From NCBI RefSeq assembly GCF_001194135.2, contig NC_068985.1:77669392-77709118 (forward strand): a stretch of 39,727 nucleotides of DNA. The letters are read 5' to 3'. This DNA is from Octopus bimaculoides (lineage: Eukaryota). Both the position numbers and the translations under genes were made by a program. Positions 1 to 11,659 of the stretch are shown piece after piece. Under the pieces are notes generated by a model, which was given only the letters and a program-made list of their open reading frames with translations, was not told the DNA's origin and searched no databases. Each line of letters starts with the position of its first letter. Within the stretch, counting starts at the first letter, position 1.

Positions 1-11
1 TAACATTGCTT

Positions 12-345
12 GTTTTCACCTTTTCGATATCAGTGAAGAATTTCACTGGAAAAGAAGATATAAGATTGCCAGGTTTTTGTCTCTCTCACCAAGGTCAGTA
101 GCTATCGAACGCCGACGAAGGGAAATAACCCTGAAATCCGGATCCGTTCGTGCTGCAGATCGTGGTGAGAGGGATAACTTCCCTTGGCAAACAGGACACA
201 GTCGTGTGTCGATAAGCCAGCTGGAGGAGATGTCCTCCTGGGGCTAAAAGCAACAGTAACATCCACCCCTAGGGGTCAGCCACACTTAAGTGGCAATATA
301 CTACACTTTATCGTGCAGTTACTGTTAATACTTCATTTAGAGAAT
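12..345 (+). mobile_element. Small non-coding, highly structured hammerhead-ribozyme-containing element (retrozyme-like or Penelope-terminal-repeat-like)
   Basis: GC-richer than flanks, no ORF, dense stems (66-71/185-190, 80-91/163-174, 195-210, 223-238, 252-260/318-326, 265-276, 279-294). Bounded by an 11-bp direct repeat TAACATTGCTT at 1-11 and 346-356. Confidence 0.6.
80..174 (+). ncRNA. Type I hammerhead ribozyme fold with extended stem I and a U4C core variant
   Basis: Stem I CGAACG(106-111)/CGTTCG(145-150); core CCGACGA(112-118); stem II AGGG/CCCT with loop AAATAA (119-132); GAAA(133-136); palindromic stem III ATCCGGAT(136-143); predicted cleavage AUC after C144. Stem I extends via 98-102/152-156, 93-96/158-161 and 80-91/163-174, including G-U pairs. 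Confidence 0.75.
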
Positions 346-370
346 TAACATTGCTTATATATATATATAT

Positions 371-1090
371 ATTTACATATGAAGTAAAAGCAGCTATAGT
401 ATAAGAGATATAGATATTATTCACCACATCTACTTAATGTATATGCTTTGTATTTTCCCATAGTTGCAGTAGTTCGGTGGAGTATATACACTCTCAAGGT
501 GCCAGGTGTTAAAACACCTCAGAGTCATGAATGGGCAAGGTAACTCACCCTCAAACCAATTTGGGAGTGACATTTCACCATTATTGTGGTTCCTCGAAAT
601 CATGTACCCACCAGGGTTGAAGGCAAGTCACCCAGCTAGTCCATGACTTATATGTTCATGACTTGTAAACCCATTTTGCTGGTATGCCTGGACATTGCAT
701 ATCTAAGAGAAAATTCACATATGAAATATAAACAGTTCTAGTAAAATAGATATTAGTTATTGCAAATACTTAATGTATATGCTTTGTGTAATTTCTGGTA
801 GCTGCAATAGCATGGTGGAGTTTATACACTCTCAAAGCACTGGATGTTGAAGCACATCAGAGACATGGACAGGAGAGATAACTCACCCCCAATCCCATCT
901 GGGAATGATAGACACTGATGTTTTGCCATTTTTGTGGCTCCTCAACCTCCTGTACATGCCAGGGTTGAAGGCAAGTCACCCAGCCAGTCCGCAACTTATA
1001 TGCTCATGGCTTGTAATACCAAGTGCTGACATGCCTGGAAATTGCATACCTAAGAGAAAATTTAAAAGCATATATATATCCTTAGTATAA
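371..1090. repeat. Diverged tandem duplication, period about 336 bp (two copies plus the tail of a third)
   Basis: TACTTAATGTATATGCTTTGT starts at 431 and 767; identical 26-mer CCAGGGTTGAAGGCAAGTCACCCAGC at 611-636 and 959-984. Confidence 0.85.
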
Positions 1091-1094
1091 AATA

Positions 1095-1335
1095 ATCATT
1101 ATCATCATTGCTTTTAATGTCCACTTTCCCATGCTTGCATGTGTACTGGTCAAACATAATTTGTTGAGGCAAATTTTCTACAACTGGATACTCCTTCTGC
1201 TGCCCGTCCTCTCCTGGTTTCCAGTCACAGTAATATGACTTGATATGCTTTCATGCAAGACTGGAAAGGAGGTGACTTTGCTTGGATATCTGTGATGTTT
1301 GTTTGTGACTGTCTCATGATCTCAAGACAGAGAGG
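1095..1335 (-). mobile_element. RTE-3'-UTR-related short retroelement fragment
   Basis: (CAT)n-like start followed by TTTAATGTCCACTTTCCCATGCTTGCATG, similar to the start of copies at 6106, 10228, 19413 and 25180. Confidence 0.6.
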
Positions 1336-1371
1336 CACATGCACACACACACGCATGCATGAGCGCCAGGC

Positions 1372-1510
1372 TTCTTCTTTCAGTTTCTATCTTCCAAATT
1401 CACACACAATACATTGGTCAACCCAGGATTATAGTAGAAGGCACTTACCCAAGGAACCACACAGTGGAACTGAATCCAAAACTATGTGGTTGTAGAATGA
1501 ACTTCTCAAC
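1372..1510 (-). mobile_element. tRNA-derived SINE (family A) head/core fragment
   Basis: Reverse complement resembles 12453-12600 (GTGGTAAG...GGTTCAGTTCCACTG...CCTTGGG). Confidence 0.7.
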
Positions 1511-3691
1511 CATACAGCCAAAATAATTTTGGAATTACAATTTCCTTTGGTAATTCATAACATTCAAAGACCCCACCATTAGGTGAGATGGATTGATTTT
1601 GTTTTGGTGCACTCAGAAGCATAATTCCTTTTTAGTCAGATCACTTATATATCTGCAGATATTTGAAATCTTTATTTGATTAAAGATTTGATAATCAATG
1701 TGTAAGATAACTTTACATGAGATACTAGTTCAGTTCATACATCATATGAACTGAATTGATTCGTGTTGTAAGAATTAATTAATGTGATTCTCCTCTGTTG
1801 TGTAATATAATTTTTCTAATTCTCTAGACAATTTCGCTTATCATTGTAGAAGTGAATAATAAATGGTTTTACATCTGTTTTCTCATGTAATATTTTGGAG
1901 TAGAAAAAAAAATGCTTTCAGAAAATACTGGGTCATGAAAAGCCAACAGGGGATCTACTACATGGTTACTTGATCTGCTAGAAATAACAACCAGATTTCC
2001 CTCTGATAATGTAGTCTGTTTCGCTGTATAGAGGGAAAAGATGGAATACTTTTTAGCATAAGCTTACTTGATCAGAGATGATCATTTAAAAAACAAGAAG
2101 ATAAGAGAATTATTTATTCAGTTCCACTAAACATCCAAACTTTAGAATTTCATATTTTCACTTTTGATCTAGCATGAAAAGCCATCTATTTAGTACCATT
2201 TAGTTAGAAGAGGAGGGGTAGCTGAACAAATACCTCTTTATTGGCCCTTTCGATCTGGTATGAATGATGTAGTTAGGATACAAGTGTAGGAAGAAAATAT
2301 GGGTCAGCAAATAGTCCTGGAGAAAGTTTTGGAAAACAGGCTTAGTGCAGAGGCATGTTTAGCAACATAATAAAGGTTAAGAAATGAGGAGAGGGTATGC
2401 ATCAGATATGATATGGTAGAGCTAATGTTGAAGTTCAGCGATTCACATAATCCATCACTTTGTTTATCCTCACTGCTTGGCTTTTGGGTACTTCTGACTG
2501 AATCCACTCTTTTACAAAATTGTTGTCCGAGAATAAACCCACATATCAGTTTTTTCTTTTTCCTGCACCCAGTACTTGTCTTGGGACCCCTATAAAGTGC
2601 ATGGGCACTGTTCTCCCTCTTTGAGGTCATCTAAAAGGGGAAGCAGAAACTGGTAGTGGAAGGGACTGAAAGAAGGGTTGTCTTTGGATGTGCTAGAAGC
2701 AACAGCCAAATTGCCCTTAAACCCACTCACTTTGACCTCTGAAAATATTGACTTTTTATTACTGAAAATGCTCTTCCTATGGTTTTGAAGTGCAAAAAGA
2801 ATTGGCCAAAATAGGTCTGGAGTGAGATGATGAGGGAGTGGGGGTTTAAAAAAAAAGAGTTTTCAAAACTTTTTTTCATACAGAGATACCCCCTTCCCTC
2901 ATCATTTTGAAGGCTGTGATTTAAAAAAATGGGGAAAATCCCTGAAAAAATTTTCCCCACAAATTTCTTTATAATTGTAATCTATGCTGTTTCAAAAGCA
3001 TTTGTATAAATTTTCATTAAAAGATACCCATTTTCCTGAAAGTTATGACGGCAAAAGTCAGATTGTGTGAATTTTCCGAAACTCATCTCTTCATCCCCTC
3101 GTAAAAATTCTTTCCCATAAATCCCTATGTACTCTGAAGCCACAATATCTAAGCGGTATTCATAGAAATTTTGTTAAAAAATATCCATTTTTCTGGATGT
3201 TATTAGGCAACAAAGTCGGGGGCATATATATCTGTAGTAATGCCCTTTTATTTATACAATTTTTTTTATTTCATGTCTATTTCATTTGTTGTTTGCAATG
3301 TTCTCTCTCTTTCTCTTTCTCTCTCTCTCACACACACATACACACACACACACTGCAAAGCTTACAGATAGGCTACTGAATTGAAATCTCTATGTTGCTT
3401 TGAGGGGAAGCTAAAACTTAACAAACTGCTCCTCCCTCCATTCTTGGACTACTGTGATAAAATAATGAAAGCAATATTTACTAAGCAAGTGAGCACTATT
3501 ATACAAAGAAATAATTAGATATAAAATGTCAAAAATTATTAGAATTTGGAATCAAATGTGAAAATATTATCAAGTGGCTAGCAGAAGACCGTCCGGAGGG
3601 CATTCTTTATACTAGTCTCTATAATACCTTAATATGGCTATCCTATTCTAATATTCATTTTTTTTTTTTCACCCCTTTTTATTTATTCCAG

Positions 3692-3873
3692 TCCCCACTG
3701 GTCCACCAACTATTATCAAAGCTCGTAGTCTGTCACCAACTGTTACACGTGTGAGCTGGGAGCCACCATTAAAGAATCAAACGAATGGAGAATTATCTGG
3801 ATATCAGCTGATCTATGGAATCACTGGTGAAGATACAGTGCAGCCAGTAGTTGTGAAAGATCCAAGTGAAACT
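3692..3873 (+). CDS. Ptp99A: Exon A of Ptp99A-like receptor protein tyrosine phosphatase; N-terminal half of FN3 domain 1
   Basis: Acceptor ttattccag, donor gtaagt; phase 1 to 0; xPTGPPTIIKARSLSPTVTRVSWEPPLKNQTNGELSGYQLIYGITGEDTVQPVVVKDPSET contains the FN3 W..P and Y motifs. The gene symbol rests on recalled similarity, mainly at the exon D/E junction. Confidence 0.93.
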
Positions 3874-4394
3874 GTAAGTAGATGCTTTAACTCCTTTCAT
3901 CTGATGTTTTCATTAATGAACAGATGGAGATAAGTAATTTTTGGCTATTGGTTTTATTGGGTAACACAGCTTGTTACCCAATAACCCGTTCTGAACCCAA
4001 TTGTAACCCGTTCTGAAGTGAGCAGTGATCTCTCACAGCATAGTAAGGCTTGTAAAACATAACACATGCGTGTGCGCACACACACACACACATTTTATAT
4101 TTGCTTTTTTGTTTTCCATGGCAGCGTGGATTGGACAAATACATATTGGAGCATTGCTTTCCTGCTGCTAGCCCTTATCAGTTTTTCTTTTTTTCTTTCA
4201 AGTAAATGTATATTTTATTGTTTACTTAGAAAGTGCTGAGCTACAGCATGATTTGTTTTGTCAGGAATGTCAACAAATATCACCCCCCCCCCNNNNNNNN
4301 NNNNNCAATCCCCCTTGAATTTCCCCCTTCTCTCCCCCTCACACAAATACACTGCAGTTAGCTAGATAGATACACACATGTGACAAGCTCCTGA

Positions 4395-4525
4395 TTCCTT
4401 CCACTCACAAAGCGTTGAATTGTTCAAGGTTACATTAGAAAAACACTTGCCTACAGTGCTATACATTGAGATGGAACTCCAGACAACATGGTAACCAAGC
4501 AAAAGTCCTTATCTACACAGCCATG
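4395..4525 (-). mobile_element. Degenerate family A SINE fragment
   Basis: CCACTCACAAAGC...AACACTTGCC...GGAACTC...ACATGG is the reverse complement of the family A head/core. Confidence 0.55.
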
Positions 4526-5760
4526 CCTGCTTCTCTAAACTTAGATCTACACATGTTAATTTTATATTATACAGCATTGAGTGCTTCGACTTTATTTCTA
4601 ATCACCATCTTGTCTGAGATATGTTTAGCCCAATTGATAAGAAACTTCTCTCTGCCTCTGCTATTAAACCATCCCTAAACTACTTGGATTAAAATTTACG
4701 TTTAAATTAAAATGTGACTGTATAATTACACTAGATAAAAAGTTTTTAATTTATCTAAGACTGTGTTCTAAACACTAACTTATTTACTAAAAAGAAAAAA
4801 AAAAACAATACTAAATTTATTACTGCAAACAACACCAACAACTTAAATACGAAAAAACAGTTTACTTCCCAGTGAACATCATTAACTCCATCTTGATATA
4901 AGTCAATGAAGATGCTTCTACTTGGTAATTTCACTTGCTGAAAATAACTGCCATGTCTCTCTTAAACCCCACGACACCATTTAAAAAGAACAGAAATGAC
5001 ACATTAGATAATATAGTCCTTTTTTTCCTTGGACTGTTTGGTTGATGAATAAAACCTGGTGGCTCCTTGACAGGTTCTACATATTTAATATGGAATTTTT
5101 GTGGAAAAATACAAAAACAGTTTTTATTTGCCTTTTTAATATTTTTTTTTTTTACAAAACATTAATTTGTTGGTTACATGCAGATGAGTTTGCCACACCT
5201 ACCTAGACACTCAGAATGCAATGAATAAGAACAATCGCCACAAAGGCATCTCATCTAATGCTCTAATAATTCTGGCAATCTATCATTTTGGACTGGAACT
5301 TTATTTTATTGACCCTCGGGAAATGAAAGACATATCTTGCTTTCTGTGAGATTTGAACTCAGAATTCAGAGCTGGAACAAATCCCACCAAGCATTTTATC
5401 CAGTGTTCATTAATGATTGCATTCACTCGCAACCTGAATGCAATCTTTGCATATCTTAGAAAGATGGGATGGTCATTGATGGAATGCTTTTGACCATGGG
5501 TCCAGTTGATCAGAGTTGACTTGGAGGCTGACCATCGTCACCACCTACAAATATCTATAAATAAAAGAAATGTTACAGTTACTTCACTAAACTCTTCCAC
5601 ATTCTTCATTATGTAATAAATGGATTAAAGTTCTAGACAAATCTATTCTTGAGAGAAAAATAGCAACAAGTGGTTGTTACTGTCAACAGAATTATTACTT
5701 TCATTGTTTGTGAAGTGATCTTACTCATCTTTAATACAATCATGCTTTTTCTCTTTTCAG

Positions 5761-5875
5761 AGTATTGAACTGCAAGCGCTGCGTCCGTACACAAACTATA
5801 CTGTGTTGGTGAAAGCTTTCAATTCTGAGGGCGATGGACCTGATGGTGTGTTGTTCTTTCAAACAATGGAAGGCT
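5761..5875 (+). CDS. Ptp99A: Exon B; C-terminal half of FN3 domain 1
   Basis: Acceptor ctcttttcag, donor gtaagt; phase 0 to 1; SIELQALRPYTNYTVLVKAFNSEGDGPDGVLFFQTMEG has the LRPYTNY..V.A.N..G.GP FN3 signature; in frame with exon A. Confidence 0.95.
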
Positions 5876-6105
5876 GTAAGTTTTTTGACAATTCCTATAT
5901 ATCTACTTACACTCTAGTTATCTCAGATGTAGCTAAGTATCTAAGTGATGGTGGGTTGGAGAGCAACATTGGAATGGTTAGTGTAATATACATACAACTG
6001 TTTATAAATGCATCTTCCAAACATTTTTACTCTTGGGGATGAGAGGAAGCTTTATAATGCATTCCCTGTCTCAGAAAATCCCTACATAAAAATTATTATA
6101 TCTTT

Positions 6106-6530
6106 CATCATCATCATCATCATCATCATTATCATCGTTTAACATCCGCATTCCATGCTAGCATGGGTTGGACGATTTGACTAAGGACTGGTGAAACCAG
6201 ATGGCTACACCAGGTTCCAATCTGCTTTGGCAGAGTTTCTACAGCTGGATGCCCTTCCTAACGCCAACCACTCTGAGAGTGTAGTGGGTGCTTTTACATG
6301 CCACCGGCACGAAGGTCAGTCAGGCGGTACTGGCAACGGCCACACTCAAAATGGTGTGTTTTACGTGCCACCCGCACAGGAGCCAGTTCGGCGGCACTGG
6401 CAACGATCTCGCTCAAATGTCTTTACACGTGCCAGGAAGGCAATGCTGGGCACAGGTGCCATTGACAGTTTCGCTTTCGCTTACCCCAATAGGTCTTCGC
6501 AAGCCAAGTTTCATTATCATTTTATTTCTC
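6106..6530 (-). mobile_element. RTE 3' UTR / RTE-tailed SINE fragment with (GAT)n tail
   Basis: (CAT)n then CGTTTAACATCCGCATTCCATGCTAGCATGGGTTGG...GGATGCCCTTCCTAACGCCAACCACTC; homologous to 19413-19790. Confidence 0.85.
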
Positions 6531-6989
6531 TCTCATAAAATTAAATTTCATAAAGTAAATAAAGCATCAAACTGTGTTTAAAGAGTTTGGTAAAGCTAAA
6601 TCCATCAAGCATCACATCGGAGGTTGAAGAAATTCCATCTTAATCAAGACGCTGTCTGATCAAATTCCCCAACAATTTCTTTTTAAGAGGTAATTTTTAC
6701 TGTAGGGTTACTTTACTACCTACAGATAGCAGGATTTCACTACTTTAGGAATATAATGTGTGCACAATAAAATCATGAAAATTGAATAAAATAAATGCTA
6801 CTGAAAATGGCATTTGCATATAATTAGCCTATTTTATCAGTATTTCTTAGAACCGTAAGGTTCCAGAGAATCCTAGTTGGGGAACACTAGTTCAGAGAGT
6901 AAGTAAAAAAATTGATGTACTAATAAGTAAGTAAAAAATTGATGTACTATTAACATTTGATCTATTGTAGCTGTTCTTGTTGGATTTAA

Positions 6990-8180
6990 ATATAGGTAAA
7001 AGAGATGCCTAGATAGAAGTAACAACAGAGATATTAAATTGCTGAACTAGGTCATGAAAGTTATAGAGAGTTATAGCCCAATTAATTAGGAATAGAATCA
7101 GGTTAGGTGAGATGCAGCTTTGTTTTGTGCCAGGAGGAAGTAGAACTGTTACTATCTTCTAAGTAAAACAACTGCAGGAGAAATATGCAGTTAAAAATAA
7201 GCCATTGTACTTAGCATTCATTGATCCGGAGGTATCTTTGACAGAGGTCCTTACTCTGTGATCATAGATATTAATGGTCTCTGAGGAAGCTAGAAATAGA
7301 TGAATGGCTTGTGAAAGCCATACAAGCCATGTACAAGATAAGAACTAACCATGAGTTGACAAATTTAGACCAGGGCTCAGTTGTCAGTTCCTTTCTATTT
7401 TTGATATCCCTCTAGGCCATAAAATTGGTTACCTTTGGGAACTATTATATGATGATGACCTTGTTCACATAGCAAAATCTGTAACAAAATTAGAAAAGTA
7501 TCACCGGAAGGTTAACAGAAAAAGTACTGTTTGTACACTAAAGATACATGGGAAATATATTTTCTCAAATGTCTTGGAGTCCCTCCTTCCCTCAAGTGGT
7601 AGTTTCTGTTGCCTAGGTGACGTAATTAGCAGTGGAAAGGGATGTTATGAAAGTATAGTTGGTAGAATAAGAGGATGGAAAAAGTCCAGAGAGCTATTAT
7701 ATCTGTTGGCTACAAACTCTCTGTCTGTCTGTCCGTCTCTCTCTCTGAGTGAAAGGCAGATTGTATGATGCTTGTGCATTAACAACAATACTACATGCTT
7801 GTGAATCATGAACCTTGAATGCTGAAAACGTGAAAACTAGAGAGGAATGAAACTAGCATGTTACATTGGATGTGCAATGTCAGTATGCTTGTACAACAAA
7901 GTGCAAGTACGTTGAGAGGAAAATCAGGCATAAGAGAAATCCAGTGTAGCATGCAAGAAAGAAAATTGCACTGCTTTGATTATGTGACGCATATGGACCA
8001 GAATAGCTCTATACAAACATGCCAGTCACTTAAAGTGGATGCGACTTGTGAGAGAAGGAGACCCAGGAAGACATAGGACAAAGTAGTAGGAGCTGATCTC
8101 AAGGTGTTGAGCTTCATGGAGAAGGTGACAAAAGACTAAAATGATCAGTAATTCACTGTACTCAAGAAGGCCAATCTATC
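6990..8180 (+). mobile_element. Degenerate RTE-clade LINE: RT domain and C-terminal region
   Basis: Frameshifted remnants of KLLDQVMK, QLQEKY..KNKPLYLAFID, RKLEIDEWLVKAIQAMY, WELLYDDDLV, and LHWMCNVS...MQERKL.CFDYVTHM...RRRPRKT. Confidence 0.85.
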
Positions 8181-9410
8181 ACTGTGAAAATGAGGTCCTA
8201 AAAGCATCTTGTTTATGCCTATACATACTGGGCCCTTTGTTGCACACAATGTCCCCCTCGAGCATTTCACACATCTCATCCCCCTGACACCTGCCCCTAT
8301 CACTCCTTTGTCTATGGTACTATTTAGCTGCTGTAGTCACTTAAGAGGAGAATCAATACATTTCAGCCCACCCTTTTGTGCTACTAATTACTCCCTTCTC
8401 CCTCTGGTAATACTTCCTATTAACATCCACCCCTCAATTTCATTATCATCCTTTCCCTTACTATTTTCCACTGAGCACCCTTTTCTCTGCCTTCAGTTGT
8501 CTCTCTCTCTCTGTCTCCTCTGGGCTACACCTCATCTTTTTTTACCTGCTATGATTCTCAGTGCTCTCTCATATTCGCCATCAATGCTATCCTGTTGTCA
8601 CTCCCTTTATACACTTCACTCCCCATTACTCATATACCTTGCAGAACATTCTCCTACTTTCTGATCCCTCTTTCCTGACCCACTCCTATCTCTCCCACCT
8701 TGCCCTCCATAAGTATATTCTCCATAATCATTTCTAGAGTGTGACATGTAGATAATTGAATGTGCAATGTCAGTATGCTTGTACAACAAAGTGCACACAC
8801 GTTGAGAGGAAAATCAGGCATAAGAGAAATCCAATGTAGCATTTCTAACAAAGACACATGGTCTTGAATTTCTCTTGGGGTTTAGTCAATTGCATTTGAT
8901 AGTACGAAGTTCATCAGGCACCACATAGAAGGTTGAAGAAATTTCATCTTAACCAAGACCTTGTCTGATCAAATTCTACAATTTCTTAAACTTATTTACC
9001 CCAGTACTTGACTGGTACTTTTTTATATTTTGACACTGGAATAATGAAAGGCTAAATTGACGTTGGTGAGAGTTGGTGTTGTCACTTGTAGATAATGAAA
9101 GTACAAGTGACCTGTTGAAGGATTAATCTCATAAGCAAAGGGTCATACAGTGAACTTTAACATAGTACTAGTGTGAATGATAAAATATATACAAAGCATT
9201 CAAAAGCACTGATATTACACATTGTTTGCTGAAATATTTAGGATGTTTGTTCTGGTGTGTGTATATGTGTGTGTAGTAGTGAAGATTCTATTATTAGAAA
9301 GAAAATGTTGAAGCTAAATGATGATATATTGGTTGCCATACAATGCATTGTTATAATATTGTCTTTCTACATGTGAGATCTAACATGTTTTCTATTTCAT
9401 TTCATTCTAG

Positions 9411-9605
9411 TGCCTAACAAGCCACGGATCACACACTGTACTCATGTCCACTCTAGTTCTCTACGTGTAAACTGGGAAGCTCCTACTGAACTCAATGGAC
9501 GGCTACTTGGTTACCAATTAGTATGGCAATATAATGGGGAGAACTTCACTAAAAACATCACTACTAGCTTACAAGATCCCATGTCAGCACTTGTGACAGG
9601 ATTGA
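9411..9605 (+). CDS. Ptp99A: Exon C; N-terminal part of FN3 domain 2 (symmetric phase 1-1, 195 nt)
   Basis: Acceptor ttcattctag, donor gtaagt; (L)PNKPRITHCTHVHSSSLRVNWEAPTELNGRLLGYQLVWQYNGENFTKNITTSLQDPMSALVTGL; in frame with exon B. Confidence 0.95.
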
Positions 9606-10084
9606 GTAAGTGTTCTAATCATGTTATTATTTTACACCATTTTTTCTCCCATATGCATTATGCCCCTCCTCTCTTCTCTCTCTCTCTCTCTCTCTCTCTC
9701 CCCTACCAAAACATGTCAACCCCCCCATCCCTGTCAACTGTGTCATTGTTATTACTCTGCTACATGCATCCTTCTAAAGCTCCTCAACTTGTGCACCTCC
9801 TCCCCTCAATCTTTCTCAATCTTTACCCAACTCTCTTCCAGTTCCCCTATCCTTTCCCCATTGGCACTCTTGCAGCCTCCCCTCGCAACTACTCACCTTG
9901 TACCTTAAGGTACCACCTAGATACTTCATCACCGCTGTTTATCTCTCTGTCTCCTAAATGTGAGTAGCCTCTACCACAGGAACCTGCTCTACTCCAACCT
10001 CTTCTCTCATACCTAAGGTATGAGAAAAGGTTTTGTAGTCTTGTGAAATGAAGGACAACCTCAACAGTGCCAGTGTCACCAAAG

Positions 10085-10227
10085 CAGCACCCAGTACACA
10101 CTGTAAGCAGTTGGCATTAGAAAGGGCATCCAGCTGTAGAAATTATGCCAAAGCAGACATAAGAGTATGATGTAGTCTTTGGGTCCATTGGATCCATGTC
10201 AAACCATCCAGTTCATGCCAGCATGGA
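10085..10227 (+). mobile_element. RTE 3' UTR-type fragment
   Basis: GCACCCAGTACACACTG...GTTGGCATTAGAAAGGGCATCCAGCTGTAGAA...CATGCCAGCATGGA. Confidence 0.75.
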
Positions 10228-11150
10228 TCATCATCATTTAATGTCCACTTTCTGTGCTGGTATGGGTTAAATAGCTTGAATGGAACTGGTAAACCAGCAA
10301 GCTGCACCAAGTTCCAGTCTGAATCCTCTTCCTAATACCAACCACTCCAACCATGTAGTGGGTGTCACTGGCATGGAAGGTGTTATGTGTCACCAGCACC
10401 AGCCACAACTATGATTTCACTTGGCTTGGTGAGTCTTCTCATGCACAGCAAATTGCCAAACTCATGATCACTCGTGATCACTCGTGATCACTCCCGTTAG
10501 ACCTCGCATTCAAAAATCATGCTTCACCACCTTGTCCCATGTCTTCCTGGGTCTACTTCTTCCACAGGTTCCTCTACAATTAGAGATCGGCACTTCTTTA
10601 CACAGCTGTCCTCATCCGTATGCATCACTTGACCATACCAGTACAGATGCCTGTCTTGCACACAACATCTGATGCCTCTTATGTCCAATTTTCCTCTCAA
10701 GACGCTTACACTCAATCATACATGCACACTGACATTGCACATCCAATAGAGCATACTAGATTCATTTCTTTTAAGCCTTTGCATGTTCTCTGCCATCATA
10801 GCCCATGTTTCACTGCCATGTAGCATGGCTATTTTCACACAGGCATCATACAATTTGCCTTTCACTCTGAGGGTGAGGCCCTTTGTTGCCATCAAAGGTA
10901 GAAGCTCTCTGAACTTTGCCCAGCCTGTTCTTACTCTAGCAGCTATGCTCTCAGAGCATCACCCTCCACTGCTGACTTGGTCACCTAGATAACGAATGCT
11001 ATCAACTACTTTTAGGTATCCCTGCTGGCATTTGATAGTTTATTTTCTGTATATGTCTAGTGTTTACTATACTTGTGCATCTGCCACACACAAAGACTAT
11101 CAAATAATGATACCTTTTTCTGTCCGTCAGTACTACACCCCCCACTATCC
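10228..11150 (-). mobile_element. 5'-truncated RTE LINE (ORF C-terminus plus 3' UTR and tail)
   Basis: Minus-strand translation DIRGIRCCVQDRHLYWYGQVMH...CVKKCRSLIVEE; colinear with 19413-20500. Confidence 0.85.
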
Positions 11151-11159
11151 TGAGGGCTC

Positions 11160-11367
11160 TTGTCCTGCCAGTCACTTGGTGACCTCACTGCTACTGGTGC
11201 CATGCAAAACGCATCCAGTACTCTCTCTAAAGTAGCAGGCGTTAGGAAGGGGGTCCAGCTATAGTAACCATGTCAAAGCAAACTGCAAAGCCTGATACAG
11301 TCTTCTGACTTGCCAGTTCTTGATGAACTGTTCCAGCATGGAAATGGACATTAAATGATAATGATTA
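11160..11367 (+). mobile_element. RTE 3' UTR-type fragment with tail
   Basis: GGTGCCATGCAAAAC...GGCGTTAGGAAGGGG...CAGCATGGAAATGGACATTAAATGATAATGAT. Confidence 0.7.
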
Positions 11368-11622
11368 TATATGTGTGTGTATATGTGCACACACACATAC
11401 ACATACCTTTTATTAATATTGCCAAGCAGTATATCACTGGTTATGGCATTGTCAAGTAGACTAGTTAGTGAAAACCCATAAGTAACTTTCTGATCAGTTA
11501 TATACTCAACGATATTTAAATATAATTGCTCTCTTTATCTTTTAGACTTTTAGAGTATGCTTCTATTTTTCTGACTTATGGACAACTATCTAATAATATA
11601 CATCCATGTATGTGTGTGCGTG

Positions 11623-11659
<37 letters not shown>

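Noticed and set aside
6895-6955. Short ~27-bp tandem duplication (AGTAAGTAAAAAAATTGATGTACTA)
   Set aside because: Two copies only; ordinary slippage duplication, not a spacer-repeat array.
8530-8660. Possible GIY-YIG remnant (SCCHSLYT...LAEH) of a Penelope-like element, and a similar pyrimidine-rich tract at 9700-10060
   Set aside because: Too degenerate to support by eye; the catalytic YIG motif is not preserved.
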